The notes: a model not told the origin generated them from the letters alone. A stretch of 64,000 nt of DNA from Candidatus Latescibacterota bacterium (GCA_965217865.1 CBDCJO010000002.1:1920001-1984000); one strand, 5' to 3'. Shown: positions 52,396 through 62,791, counted from the stretch's first letter. Translations and numbers: made by a program.

Positions 52396-52710
52396 GCGAT
52401 TCTCCTTTCTGTCTGAAAGTGGCCGTGTTCGCTGAAATCGAACCTATCTCGAATTGATGGGATCGGCTCTTGTATTCAGCAGGCCACCCGACATGGGGGT
52501 TCTGCCTGAGTGTTGACGTGGAAGAAAGTTAAATAAAAATCGAGGATTTTCAAAGTGAATCTCCCCGTCCAAAGGGCGGGGCTTCTAACTGCTTAAACCA
52601 AACAGATCAAGCTGTTGAGGATCTTTTCTTCTCTTGACGAGCTCTCGTCAAGAGGTGTGTAAAAAAGGTCAGGCGGCCAGCTTCTTCCCCGAGTCGAAGG
52701 GGAGCTCTCT

Positions 52711-52903
52711 GGTCTATCCCCGCGTGTGCGGGGGAACCATTAGGCCAGGAATATCGTCAGTAACTCGCCCGCCTCTATCCCCGCGTGTGCGGGGGAACCT
52801 TCCACTGAGACCTCATCACCTTCGCATCGTAGGGTCTATCCCCGCGTGTGCGGGGGAACCTTGACAAAAAAGTAACCCGGGGATTTATCATGGGGTCTAT
52901 CCC
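52711..52903 (-). CRISPR. type I-E-like CRISPR array: 3 full repeats, 1 truncated repeat, 3 spacers
   Basis: GGTCTATCCCCGCGTGTGCGGGGGAACC at 52711, 52772 (CC variant) and 52833, with truncated GGTCTATCCC at 52894; strict 61-bp period; reverse complement resembles the E. coli I-E repeat. Confidence 0.93.
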
Positions 52904-53335
52904 AGGGCCGAGGCTCTTTCACGCGGCAACAGCAAGACCGAAGGTTTCACATCCCGCGTCGTGCCGGTGCCGGAAAGGGCAGTGTCGCTGTTTTCGTCGG
53001 TAACCGCCGCGACACTATCCAAGGCGCAGATGGATGAGATCAAAGGGTTCGACGCGGCGTTAAGGAACGCGCTTGCGTTGATGGCTGCGGGCGGTGAACG
53101 AGATGCTGTCAAGAAGGACCATTATGCTCATGCCGCCCCGGCGTGTACGCGATTCGACCGCGCCGCAGACCGGCTATTCTTCCCCAGCCTGTGGCGGCGA
53201 TTCACGGTTGATTCGCAAGGCGACGACGCGGTTTTCAAGGCCAAATACACCTTCCTCGACGATTTAATGAAAGCGGCACGGGCAGAGTTGAAAGCCGCCC
53301 TGCCCGCAATTCCCTGCACCGCCATTCACCGGCCG
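52904..53335 (+). pseudogene. cas8e: C-terminal fragment of type I-E Cas8e (Cse1/CasA)
   Basis: AEALSRGNSKTEGFTSRVVPVP...FFPSLW...ALPAIPC resembles the Cse1 C-terminal region; directly abuts a I-E array. Confidence 0.65.
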
Positions 53336-53509
53336 GCTTTCCGCCTATCGGATCTGGCGGTTCATCCAGGTCAATCACGGCCTCGACTCCCAGGGCGCGC
53401 TGATCGAAACCAGCGGGCAAGGCGCGTAGATCCCCTCAAAGAGTGAAGGTTCTCAGGTGTCTCCAGTGTTTTGTCGGAAAGTCGAAGAAGGTGAGCATTC
53501 GATCCCAGT

Positions 53510-54030
53510 CTCGATCGGCCCTCATCCCCGAGGAGGGGCTTTGCCCGGGAAGCTACGGCCTGTCCGATCCGGCCGAATCCGTAAAGTCCAAGAGAAGACC
53601 CCTTCGCTTCATAGGTCCGTATGAGGGAGTAGTCGCCGCTGTGTGACATCCGGTTCAGGGTATATACCCGCTTCATCGTGGCCATCCACTGGGCGATGGC
53701 ATATTCGGCGACCGTATCCATGTGCTCCGAAGAGACGGTGACGATGACGCCGTGCTGCGTGGCCACGTCCAGGTTGACTTTTTCGTAACCGACCCCCCAG
53801 CGGGCAATGATTCTGAGGTCCTTCCCTTCCTCGTAAAATTCGGGGTGGATGAGCGCGGAGTTGGCGATTACCCCCACAACCCCTTTGGGCCATCTTACCT
53901 GTCAACTCGGTGTCGTATGGCTCCAGGTCGGCGAGCGTTTGGAGTTCGTCAAGGCCCTTTTGACGGTGCTCTGAGTCGAATCGGGGGTTTTTGAATACAA
54001 ACGTATACTACTAACGATCTTTGCTTGATT
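53510..54030 (-). pseudogene. 2-hydroxyacid dehydrogenase fragment
   Basis: IIARWGVGYE, VAEYA, GLYGFGRIG then abrupt end; N-terminal part (NPRFDSEHRQKGLDELQTLAD) is in another frame. Confidence 0.8.
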
Positions 54031-54297
54031 AACCGGACAACCCCCTTAAGCTCTGAATAATAATGCTTCAGGGTTGGTGTTAGTATTGCCGGGGTTAAGC
54101 CGCTTTGCTGAACCTGATCTCCGCTTCGATATTCCCTCACCACCCTTTAAATTTGTTCCGTTTCTGGTGAAACCGATCATAAGCTCAACTCGTCCGGGAC
54201 GAACAGAAAGATCAGGACCCAGCAAGCCGCCAATCCGGATATGTTAATTATTGAATAAACCTTATGCCTGAGTTCGTATAGCGACTGTGAGTGGTTC

Positions 54298-54993
54298 TTA
54301 AACACCAGCCCGGCCCTTTATACTCTCCGTCACGATATGTCCATCGAATAGATGAACTATGCGATGGGAATAATCCGCATAAGGTGGCGAGTGGGTTACC
54401 ATAACAATCGTGGTGCCTGCTTCATTCAGGCCGTTCAACAACCTCATAACTTCATCCCCGTGTGTGGAATCCAGATTGCCGGTAGGCTCGTCTGCAAGTA
54501 TCAGCTTAGGATTACCGACAATCGCCCTCGCCACGGCCACGCGCTGTTGCTGCCCCCCAGAGAGTTGCTGGGGGAAATGGTTGCTCCTAGGAGTAATCTG
54601 CATCTGCCCCAAGATCTCTTCTACTCGGTTCTTGCGTTCTTTTCCACGAACGCCTATATAAAGAAGGGGCAGTTCCACATTTTCATACACAGTCAACTCG
54701 TCGATCAGGTTGAAACTCTGGAATACAAAGCCGATGTTTCCCTTTCTCAAGTTCGCCCGCTGCCTCTCGGAGTATTTCGACACCTCCTCCCCCAAAAAGT
54801 AATGCTCCCCGTCCGTGGGATTATCGAGCATGCCCAGAAGGTTAAGCAGTGTTGATTTCCCGCACCCGGAGGGCCCCATGATCGCGACGTATTCCCCCTT
54901 ATTGACTTGGAAATTAACGTTGTTCAACGCCGTGGTCTCCACCTCTTCAGTGGTGTATATCTTCTTCAGATTGGTCGTTTTGATCATTTTCAT
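54298..54993 (-). CDS. ABC transporter ATP-binding protein (MacB/LolD-like)
   Basis: GPSGCGKST, LSGGQQQR, LADEPTGNLD. Confidence 0.95.
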   Translation of the reverse strand: MKMIKTTNLKKIYTTEEVETTALNNVNFQVNKGEYVAIMGPSGCGKSTLLNLLGMLDNPTDGEHYFLGEEVSKYSERQRANLRKGNIGFVFQSFNLIDELTVYENVELPLLYIGVRGKERKNRVEEILGQMQITPRSNHFPQQLSGGQQQRVAVARAIVGNPKLILADEPTGNLDSTHGDEVMRLLNGLNEAGTTIVMVTHSPPYADYSHRIVHLFDGHIVTESIKGRAGV

Positions 54994-55007
54994 TTCCCCT
55001 TCTCCTG

Positions 55008-55747
55008 TTACATATTCTTCTTCAGAATCAGCTCATCCATATCCCCGAACCCTTCATAGTTCGACGTAATCACCTTCTCCCCTGGCTCCAATCCTTCGAG
55101 CACCTCGAAAACGTGAGGGTTCTGTCTGCCCAGTCGAATCTGTCTTTTAAAAGCAGATGTGCCTGTTTCATTCAGTACATAAGCCCAGCGGCCACCGGTC
55201 TCCTGGTAGAAACCGCCTCTGGCCAATAGAACCGCTTCCGAAAGGTCACCTAACTCAAGCCTGATCTGGAACGTTTGTCCGCGTCTGATTCCTTCCGGTT
55301 CCGCACCATCAAATTCCATGTCCACGTCGAACCTTCCATCTCGCACCTCTGGATAGATCTTCTTTACAGAAAGCCTGTACGTTTTTTCTGAGAAGTTAAA
55401 TTCTCCGATCTGCCCGACGTCGATTCGAGTGATATAGTATTCATCAATCGCCACACCGACTTTGAATCCCTCCAGGACATCGATATGTCCCAAGCGCTCT
55501 CTGGGAGACTTCGATTGGCCGATCTCCGCGTCCAATGAGGTTAGCTGACCCGATATGGGGGCTTTAATGAGAAGATTATCTATGTTATTCTTAACTATCT
55601 CCAGGTTAGCCTCCATCCGCTTCACGGCGGCCGCCAGCTGTTCAAGCTGGATCTTCCGGAGAAGTGAATCCTGTTTCTGAGTTTCGAGGGTTAATTCCCT
55701 GAGGTTCAAGAAATATTCATACTCGTCCTTTACTTCATCATATTCCT
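55008..55747 (-). pseudogene. periplasmic adaptor (HlyD/MacA-like) C-terminal fragment
   Basis: IKAPISGQL, IDEYYI, RGGFYQETGG, EVLEGLEPGEKVITS; N-terminus missing. Confidence 0.85.
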
Positions 55748-56319
55748 AATGCGAATTCCTTAGACAACTGTAGAACAATGCGACAAACCGTCGCTCCCAG
55801 AACCTTACGGATGCCAATTTCTTTGATTCGCTGGTTCGTCGTGAAGGATACTAGACCAAACAAACCCAAACTTGCCTCAAAAATGGCAAAAAGAGTAAAA
55901 AGGCCGAACATTTTGCCCAGGCGGTATTCAGCCCGATGGAGTTTATCAAAAACATCATTTAAAAAGGAATATTCAAACGGCACGTTCGGGGCAAATTCCT
56001 GCCACCGCTCTTTCAGATACGCCAGTGTACCAAAAACATCACTAGGGGCAATCCGAATTGAACAATAGTCGGTCCAACCACCACCAGCCATAATCACTAG
56101 AGGCTCAATTTCATGATGAAGGGACCGATAATGAAAATCCCTGACAAGACCAACAACATCCCCTACAACTTCAATCTTCAGACCACCATCCTCTGGATAA
56201 ACACTTTGGAGCTCTTTGCCAGCAAACGAGACCCATCCCAATTTTCGCATAGCGGACTCATTGAGGATAAGTTCCGCCTTGCTATCACTCGATAGACTCT
56301 TTGAAAAGAACTGTCCCTC
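55738..56319 (-). pseudogene. FtsX/MacB-type ABC permease internal fragment
   Basis: GLVRDFHYRSLH, PFEYSFL, LGLFGL, RIKEIGIRKVLGA; cut by IS upstream and by a deletion downstream. Confidence 0.88.
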
Positions 56320-57851
56320 TAACAGCCCGTTGAAGAACTACCTTTCAACGCACATAAACGGAAAAGACGCCTGGAGTGCGGGTCAGATAAATCAAGGTAA
56401 GGAGATTGAGCAGGAGACGCTGATAAGAGGTTAAAAAGGTGACCGAGGGCAGCAAACGTGATTGTAGGACGAGCAGTAGACGCTGCAAGGCCTTGGCCAG
56501 GTCCTGGAGGGCCTTCGGAGTACCTACGCCCATCACTTTGCGCATGAGCAGAGCCAGGTTGCAGCCCCCGATGTGGATCAGCAAACGCTTGAGGATATTG
56601 CCGCGGTCTCTCAAGTGCAACCTGCGCATGCCACCGGTATCATATGTGTGAGCGATGGTTCTTTCCACCCGTTCTGCACGACTTCGGCGCAAGGCCTTGC
56701 CGCGATCTCCCTTGATCCGGCGTCGATTCGCATATACCGCGGCCTGCTCATCTCGTCGGCCGTTCCACTTGCGGCGTCCCCGATCCGGTTCTGAAATGTA
56801 ACTCCGGATGCCGCCTTGCTTCAGACTGGTCAATACATCGTTGCTATGATATCCTTTGTCCGCAACCACCTCCCGTATACGCTGTCTGTGCAAACGTTTG
56901 GCAGCTTTTTCGTCCTTCGCGACCTGCTTGAGATTGAGCTGCGCCTCGAGCAGCGTCCAGGGCAACGACTCGGTATCTCCTTCATCTGCTCCCGACAACG
57001 CCACTGCCACAATGGCATTGGTGTCCAGATCCACCGCGTGCTCCACCTTGTGCGCCATGTGCGTGCGACCGTCCTTCATCTTAGCGATCTTGGCATCCGG
57101 GTCGTGCGGGTGCTCCCAGTCCTGGTTCGATCCCTTCTTCGGTCGCTTCTTATCGATCTTGGACAAGTCCTCGCGGGTAGGCGTTTCAATGCCCGAGGCC
57201 TTGGCCAGATTCTCAAGGAATGCCTGGTAGCCTTCACCCGTGTCACGGCGTACAATGCTGCGCATCGCGGCGTTGGCCTCCAGTGTCGTAGCATCCACGC
57301 CCAACGTCTTCCCCTTCACCAGACCCGCTTTGCACAAGACCCTCAGGATCCACTTGAAAACCGCTTCGTGAACTTCCAAGGGAAGCCGATGCCGGATGCG
57401 AGACAGGCTGGAATGATCCGGGGTCTGTTCGTCAAGGGCATACCCCAAAAACCGGCGCAACGTCAGCGAGTCAGATACACGCCATTCGATCCCACGTTCC
57501 GAATCAAGTCCCTCGAAATACCCAATCAAAAGCATCCGAAAATAAACCCCGGGCGGAATGCCCTTGCGACCCATATGAGGAGCGTAATACCGCTGGCAAA
57601 GCCCCTCGACGAACTCGTCGAAGCCGTTCGCCCCCAATACCTGATTCAGCTTCTCGTAGAACGGATGACCCGGAGATTTCACCAAAGTGTTCGATGCGAT
57701 GAACAGGTTTTCCTGTCTCTGTCGTCCTCGTTTTCCCATTGCCATTTGCTCGTCCTCCCTTCTCAGTTTGAACCTGATATATCATAGGACCAAACCACAA
57801 GGAAAGACAACAGTCATCTTGGCATAAACGCACTTTTTCAACAGGCTGCTA
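56320..57851 (-). mobile_element. IS1182-like insertion sequence, copy 2 (complete)
   Basis: Imperfect terminal IRs TAACAGCCCGTTGAAGAA / TAGCAGCCTGTTGAAAAA. Confidence 0.92.
56345..57745 (-). CDS. DDE transposase (IS1182/IS5-like)
   Basis: 466 aa, differs from copy 1 at four residues that I could see. Confidence 0.92.
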   Translation of the reverse strand: MAMGKRGRQRQENLFIASNTLVKSPGHPFYEKLNQVLGANGFDEFVEGLCQRYYAPHMGRKGIPPGVYFRMLLIGYFEGLDSERGIEWRVSDSLTLRRFLGYALDEQTPDHSSLSRIRHRLPLEVHEAVFKWILRVLCKAGLVKGKTLGVDATTLEANAAMRSIVRRDTGEGYQAFLENLAKASGIETPTREDLSKIDKKRPKKGSNQDWEHPHDPDAKIAKMKDGRTHMAHKVEHAVDLDTNAIVAVALSGADEGDTESLPWTLLEAQLNLKQVAKDEKAAKRLHRQRIREVVADKGYHSNDVLTSLKQGGIRSYISEPDRGRRKWNGRRDEQAAVYANRRRIKGDRGKALRRSRAERVERTIAHTYDTGGMRRLHLRDRGNILKRLLIHIGGCNLALLMRKVMGVGTPKALQDLAKALQRLLLVLQSRLLPSVTFLTSYQRLLLNLLTLIYLTRTPGVFSVYVR

Positions 57852-57853
57852 GA

Positions 57854-59684
57854 CCTAAAATAAGCGAATAGGCTTGTTGAGCGGTGTGTTATACAAGATT
57901 TCGGAGCATTTCAGACTTGTGACTTGGTGGAGATGATGTCTGGGCTGTTTTTGTGATTGTTTCGGCATGCGATTGTCTAATTAACTGAGTTTGCGGACGT
58001 GTTTTAGCCGGGGTGGACGGACTTGTCCCTGTGATGTTACGACGACAGGTGCTGACATGGCAGTCAGGCCGGTTTGAGCCATCTGATTCTGTTCCAGGCC
58101 GGGAAGAAGTCAGTCATCCACCGGTTGTAGCCCAAGACACGATAGATGATCTGTCTTCCCCGGGTCACGATCTGGCAAGGGATCCAGATCAGATTCTGGA
58201 GGAAGGCGCGAAACTCCATTCTCAGAAGTTGATCGCGACGCTCACGCTTTCGGATCATCAACGCGAACCAGGCTTTGAGGTTCCACGCCAGGGCGGTCAT
58301 GACCATGTAAGCCCAGTTGCTCATCAGGTTGTCGACGGGCATCCGCATGGCGTTGACCCCGTTCTTGAGTTGTTCAATCACGTTTTCCTGATCGCACCGT
58401 CCATTGGCCAGCCTCACGATTTCCGCGGCCGTAAGATCTTTTCGGGTGGTAATGTAGAAGAAACAGCGCTTGTCATCGAACAGGGCGTTTTCGCCGCGTT
58501 CGACGCTCAGGTTCTTTTCGAGGATCACGAGTCGACAGGTCTTCCTGCATCGAGCAGGACGATACGAAACCCCGGCAACACGTTCACTGGCAAGTCGGAT
58601 GTTTTTGAAGCCGCGCTCCCGGATGATCCGGGCTTTCACGTTCTCGCGTTTCTGTCTCTGGGAGGTCTTGACCTGGTATTTGGGTTGTCGTTCAAAGGGC
58701 TCCCAATCGCTCTGTGACAGGGATTTGGCGATCTTGACCAATCCCCGGTAAGCATCCATGCCGAAGACGAAGTCGACCTTTTCCGACCAACGATCGAAGT
58801 GCCGGGTGAGTGAGAAGCCGGTGTCTCCGCGCAGGCAGATGCGTTTGGCGAAAGGGGCGACCAGCGCGATGGCGCGATCGATCCACTTTACGGCACCGTC
58901 GTGGCTGGGCACATTGCCGGGTCGATTCACAAGAAACAACACCTCCCTGGTGTTCGCCAGAGAGACCACGAGAGGATGGTATCCCCAGATACCGTTGTAT
59001 GACAGGGCCATGCCCTGCTTGCGTTCTCCGAGGGTGGTGGCCAGGGTGCCGTCGATGTCGATGAGGGCTTCTTTGAGTTCGCCCCTGGCGCGCTTTTTCC
59101 AGATCCGGGTGCGCACCCGGTTGATGCAATCCATCAACGTCTCGATATCCGATGGCCGGAAACGACGTGTAAAGTCGCCTGCTGTGGTCGGATCCGGGAG
59201 ACGCTGAGCGCCCAAAGCGTTCAGGAACGTGGCATCCTGCCGGCGCAGCTCAATGTCTTCAAGGCGTTGACCACCAACCAGCGCATTGTAGGCGATGTTC
59301 AGAACGTGGTCTGATTCGTGACAGGGCAAATGCACTTTCAAAAGATGAAGATGACGGTCAATCTCTTTCACCAGCCCAACCCTGCGGACCATGTGGTGAA
59401 ACGCGCCGATCCCCCCACACGTGATCGCCTCGGCCTTCCCACTTATCTCGTAGTGGATGTTTCCCCCAGACATCATAGGCTTGACCTGACTGCACCACTG
59501 CTTCCGACGCAAACGACGGACAATTCGTGCTTCCCTGTTCCGAAGAATCTTCCTGTATTCTCTCATCTGAAATGCCCCTTTTGATGGCCTCTTTTTGTCT
59601 TTCATACTACAACTATAGGCCTGAAAACTGGGGCATTTCAACTTTTTTCTACTAAAACCAAGAAAAATTCACGCTTGTATAGGG
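57854..59684 (-). mobile_element. IS1380-family insertion sequence
   Basis: Transposase plus imperfect IRs CCTAAAATAAGCG / CCCTATACAAGCG; boundaries approximate. Confidence 0.8.
58064..59566 (-). CDS. IS1380-family transposase
   Basis: PDPTTAGDF, IDIDGT, GYHPL, NRPGN, LRGD, RCDQENVIEQLK, LAWNL. Confidence 0.92.
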   Translation of the reverse strand: MREYRKILRNREARIVRRLRRKQWCSQVKPMMSGGNIHYEISGKAEAITCGGIGAFHHMVRRVGLVKEIDRHLHLLKVHLPCHESDHVLNIAYNALVGGQRLEDIELRRQDATFLNALGAQRLPDPTTAGDFTRRFRPSDIETLMDCINRVRTRIWKKRARGELKEALIDIDGTLATTLGERKQGMALSYNGIWGYHPLVVSLANTREVLFLVNRPGNVPSHDGAVKWIDRAIALVAPFAKRICLRGDTGFSLTRHFDRWSEKVDFVFGMDAYRGLVKIAKSLSQSDWEPFERQPKYQVKTSQRQKRENVKARIIRERGFKNIRLASERVAGVSYRPARCRKTCRLVILEKNLSVERGENALFDDKRCFFYITTRKDLTAAEIVRLANGRCDQENVIEQLKNGVNAMRMPVDNLMSNWAYMVMTALAWNLKAWFALMIRKRERRDQLLRMEFRAFLQNLIWIPCQIVTRGRQIIYRVLGYNRWMTDFFPAWNRIRWLKPA

Positions 59685-59830
59685 ACTAGAAACTAGACAA
59701 AGCCCTTTGTCCAAATGGCAGACTCATCTATTCAAGTATCAAGGTTAAAGCGAAATGTGGCCATCCCTGGCCGCCTCGTAGACCATTAGGGAAGGATAGC
59801 AATAGCAAGCCGTACCGGAGAGGAAGAGCC

Positions 59831-62062
59831 ATGGATCAGCATCACGAAAAACAGGAACAACTTCGAATACAAAGGTTAGAGATGCTCGCTGACGTCTGGG
59901 GCAGGATTTACCTTTTTCACCCGAGCATCGTGCGCAGCGAAATAAATATCGATTGGTACCGAACTCTGATCGAGGTTATTCCAAGGGTGGAAAATGCAGA
60001 AGATACGGAGGAATTAGTTGGGGTTTTGAACGATATTTTCCTCAAGCCCTTGAACGATCCATTTACGCTTGCGCTGAGATCCGAGGAAAGCAATTCGTCG
60101 GCGGAACATCGTACCCAGCAGAAATTGAGTTATAAGAGGCTGACAGATTCACTGGGTCATATTTCCATATCGAACCCAATGATCGCTGAAGATCCCAATA
60201 GCCTGAATGAGTTCCAGGAAGCTGTCAAGGACATGGAATCTGCTGAAGCACTCATACTGGATTTACGCTGCCACGGCAATATGCCCTTTTCCTCCTACTA
60301 TGATGTCTTCCTACACTTTTTCGTTGACGTACCGATTCACACTGGCTCACGTTTGTCACGTGTTCGTCAGGGTTGGAGCGAAACGGAAGGAGGCGGCGTT
60401 TATGATCAGAGATGGGATATTCAGAATGGCGTCGTTTTGGATCCGATCCAAAAGGTTGAGCGGTTGGCAAATCGACACACAAAAACAGAATTAGAGAAGT
60501 TGGTAACAGTCCGTAAGCCAACAGTTTTTATTGTGAACAATGCTTCCTGCTTTCATCTTTACCATAGTTTGGATGCATTGCAAGCAAAGCCTGAATTCGC
60601 CGTAATTTGGGAGAAGAAGGGGCGCTTGGCGACCTCTGGAATTGGCATGTTGAAATATCCTGAAGGCGTTGAGGTTTACCTGAATAGTGAACTCCTCATT
60701 TCTCACACTAATGAATTGGGCTTCAAGCCGGATTTCACCACGGAGGATCCAATCAGTGAAGTGGAGCTCCCCGAACTAGCAAGGCGGATTTTGGTAAATA
60801 AGAGCCAGAAGGCGAACTCAGAAGGATCACCGCTTTCTTATCAGATGCAGTTTCCATTGCCTGATTCGGTTTCTACAGAGCCTATTACGCGGGGAAAACG
60901 GCTTCTGGGCCTGTTCAAAATCTGGAACGTCCTCAAATACTTTTACCCGCATCTGGAATTTGTCGACATCGTCTGGGCAGAGATGCTGAAGGAATGGATC
61001 CCCAGAGTTGAATCCACCGAAAGCTTAAAAGACTATTATCTCTCCATCGAAAACCTGGCGGCAAAATTGAACGACAGCCATGTAAGGGTCTCGCACGAGA
61101 GTATACGAGGCCCTTCGAGTGGCTTCCTCCCAGTTCGATTGGCACGCGTGGAGGAAAAGGTAGTCGTAGTTGAAGTCAAGAGGGAGTCACCAGTGAAGCT
61201 TGGCGACGAAATCCTTGAAATGAACGGTAAAACCACACAGGAGATTGAAGATCTCTGGCGATCGCGAATCTCTGCTTCTACGAAGCAGGCATTTTATCGT
61301 GATGTTTACCGCTCATGTTTAGCCGGTGAGATAGATAAAGAGGTCAGATTGACTGTCAGACGAGAGGGCACTATAAAAACCATTTCCATCAAACGGCGGG
61401 GGTTTGACCCGCCAAAGGCAAGAGAGGGTTCCAAGCGCCTTCCACAGAAAATCGGCTACATCAACCTGGAAGTCATTTCCAACAATGAAGCCTTAGATGA
61501 GGCTTTTGACAATCTCAAAGATACCGATGGCTTAATTCTGGATGTGCGTGGCTATCCAAACCTTTTTGTTCAGGTTGAAGTAATAAGCCGCGTGTGTGAT
61601 CGTCCTGTCCGATCAATGATCTGGGAAATTCCACTTGTGAGAAATCCTGGTTGGCCCCTGGAATGGTTAGAGACCACTTGGTCAAAGGGACAGGCTCTTG
61701 TCGAACCCCATGAGAGAATGAACTATGCAAACCCTATTGTGGCTCTGATTGACGAACGCACACAGAGTAAGGCAGAAGATTTTTGTATTTACCTCACCAA
61801 TGCCAGGCGCGCCACATTCGTGGGTTCAGGCACAGCGGGTACGGATGGAGATGTGACGCTTCTCCAATTGCCAGAAGGTGGTGTTTTTCGGTTTACAGGA
61901 ATGAGAGTCCTATTTGATGATGGCAAACGCTTTCAAAATATCGGCATTGTCCCTGACGTGCAAGCCACGCCAACCGTTCAGGGCATAATTGAGGGGCGTG
62001 ATGAAGTCCTTGAAAAAGGAATCGAAGCGTTAAGGGAGTTGATTCAGAAAAATCTGAAATGA
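59831..62062 (+). CDS. S41 family peptidase with PDZ domain
   Basis: LNDSH, GDEILEMNG, LILDVRGYP, TQSKAE, TAGTDG, GIVPD; duplicated N-terminal S41-like module. Confidence 0.9.
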   Translation: MDQHHEKQEQLRIQRLEMLADVWGRIYLFHPSIVRSEINIDWYRTLIEVIPRVENAEDTEELVGVLNDIFLKPLNDPFTLALRSEESNSSAEHRTQQKLSYKRLTDSLGHISISNPMIAEDPNSLNEFQEAVKDMESAEALILDLRCHGNMPFSSYYDVFLHFFVDVPIHTGSRLSRVRQGWSETEGGGVYDQRWDIQNGVVLDPIQKVERLANRHTKTELEKLVTVRKPTVFIVNNASCFHLYHSLDALQAKPEFAVIWEKKGRLATSGIGMLKYPEGVEVYLNSELLISHTNELGFKPDFTTEDPISEVELPELARRILVNKSQKANSEGSPLSYQMQFPLPDSVSTEPITRGKRLLGLFKIWNVLKYFYPHLEFVDIVWAEMLKEWIPRVESTESLKDYYLSIENLAAKLNDSHVRVSHESIRGPSSGFLPVRLARVEEKVVVVEVKRESPVKLGDEILEMNGKTTQEIEDLWRSRISASTKQAFYRDVYRSCLAGEIDKEVRLTVRREGTIKTISIKRRGFDPPKAREGSKRLPQKIGYINLEVISNNEALDEAFDNLKDTDGLILDVRGYPNLFVQVEVISRVCDRPVRSMIWEIPLVRNPGWPLEWLETTWSKGQALVEPHERMNYANPIVALIDERTQSKAEDFCIYLTNARRATFVGSGTAGTDGDVTLLQLPEGGVFRFTGMRVLFDDGKRFQNIGIVPDVQATPTVQGIIEGRDEVLEKGIEALRELIQKNLK

Positions 62063-62084
62063 CAGAAACCATTAGTAGAAGATT

Positions 62085-62213
62085 ACCAGAAGCACCATCA
62101 CCGAATTCACCGAAGTTTACAACGAAACCGCTCACCCTTTCGAGTGGAAAGCCACAGAAATCCGGCCGAAAACCCTCAAGAGTAAATACACTGATTTATG
62201 CAATTAAGTACTA
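62085..62213 (+). pseudogene. IS630-family transposase 3' remnant with terminal repeat
   Basis: Reads RSTITEFTEVYNETAHPFEWKATEIRPKTLKSKYTDLCN*, followed by GTACTA. Confidence 0.7.
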
Positions 62214-62310
62214 GTACCAACCTGCGGAAATTCGCGCAATCTGATTTCGCAAGCAAAAACAGGATGTTAAGGGCGGATTCGCACGCAGAAACTTGCGCAG
62301 CTAAGTACTA
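62212..62310. mobile_element. IS630-type MITE (~99 bp)
   Basis: Imperfect IRs TAGTACCAACCTGCGGAAATT / TAGTACTTAGCTGCGCAAGTT with TA ends. Confidence 0.6.
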
Positions 62311-62791
62311 GAAAGGATCTCCACGGAGGTAGGTGGCCGGCATCGAGATGGGCAGATTTTCCTCCCAAGTGCATTCAAGAGCTACGTAACGTCACGGCCC
62401 CGTTGGAAAGGTTGTTCGATGGGAGGGATGAGACGATCGCCTCATAACGATGCGCATTCAGGGTGTTATACTTGAAGAGGGAAGACAAAGAGGTAATGTA
62501 GTCCTCGCTGTATTTTGAGGGCTGATTTCAAACCGTCACAAGCAAATGACAGCATATTTTGTAATAAGACCTGGAGCCAAAACCTGGATAGCTTGATGTT
62601 ACCGTCAAAGGGGAGTTCGTCTTAAAATCGATTTCTCCTATAGCAAGAAATCTACGAACATATTCGGGTTACTTCCTCGTGGGGTGGTATCTGCGAAGTG
62701 CGGGAGATATACTGAATATGGTGGAATCTGCGTAATGGTTCGGGGATTCCGTAAGTTATGCGCCAGTTCTCATCAAGATAAACAACTGACT

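Noticed and set aside
52961-53446. 161-aa ORF as a novel small Cas protein
   Set aside because: Homology-like sequence starts upstream of the GTG and the C-terminal tail comes from unrelated DNA; better explained as a cas8e fragment.
52711-57851. CRISPR-associated transposon (CAST)
   Set aside because: No tnsA/B/C/tniQ or intact Cas effector; the transposases are ordinary IS-type and the cas gene is a fragment.
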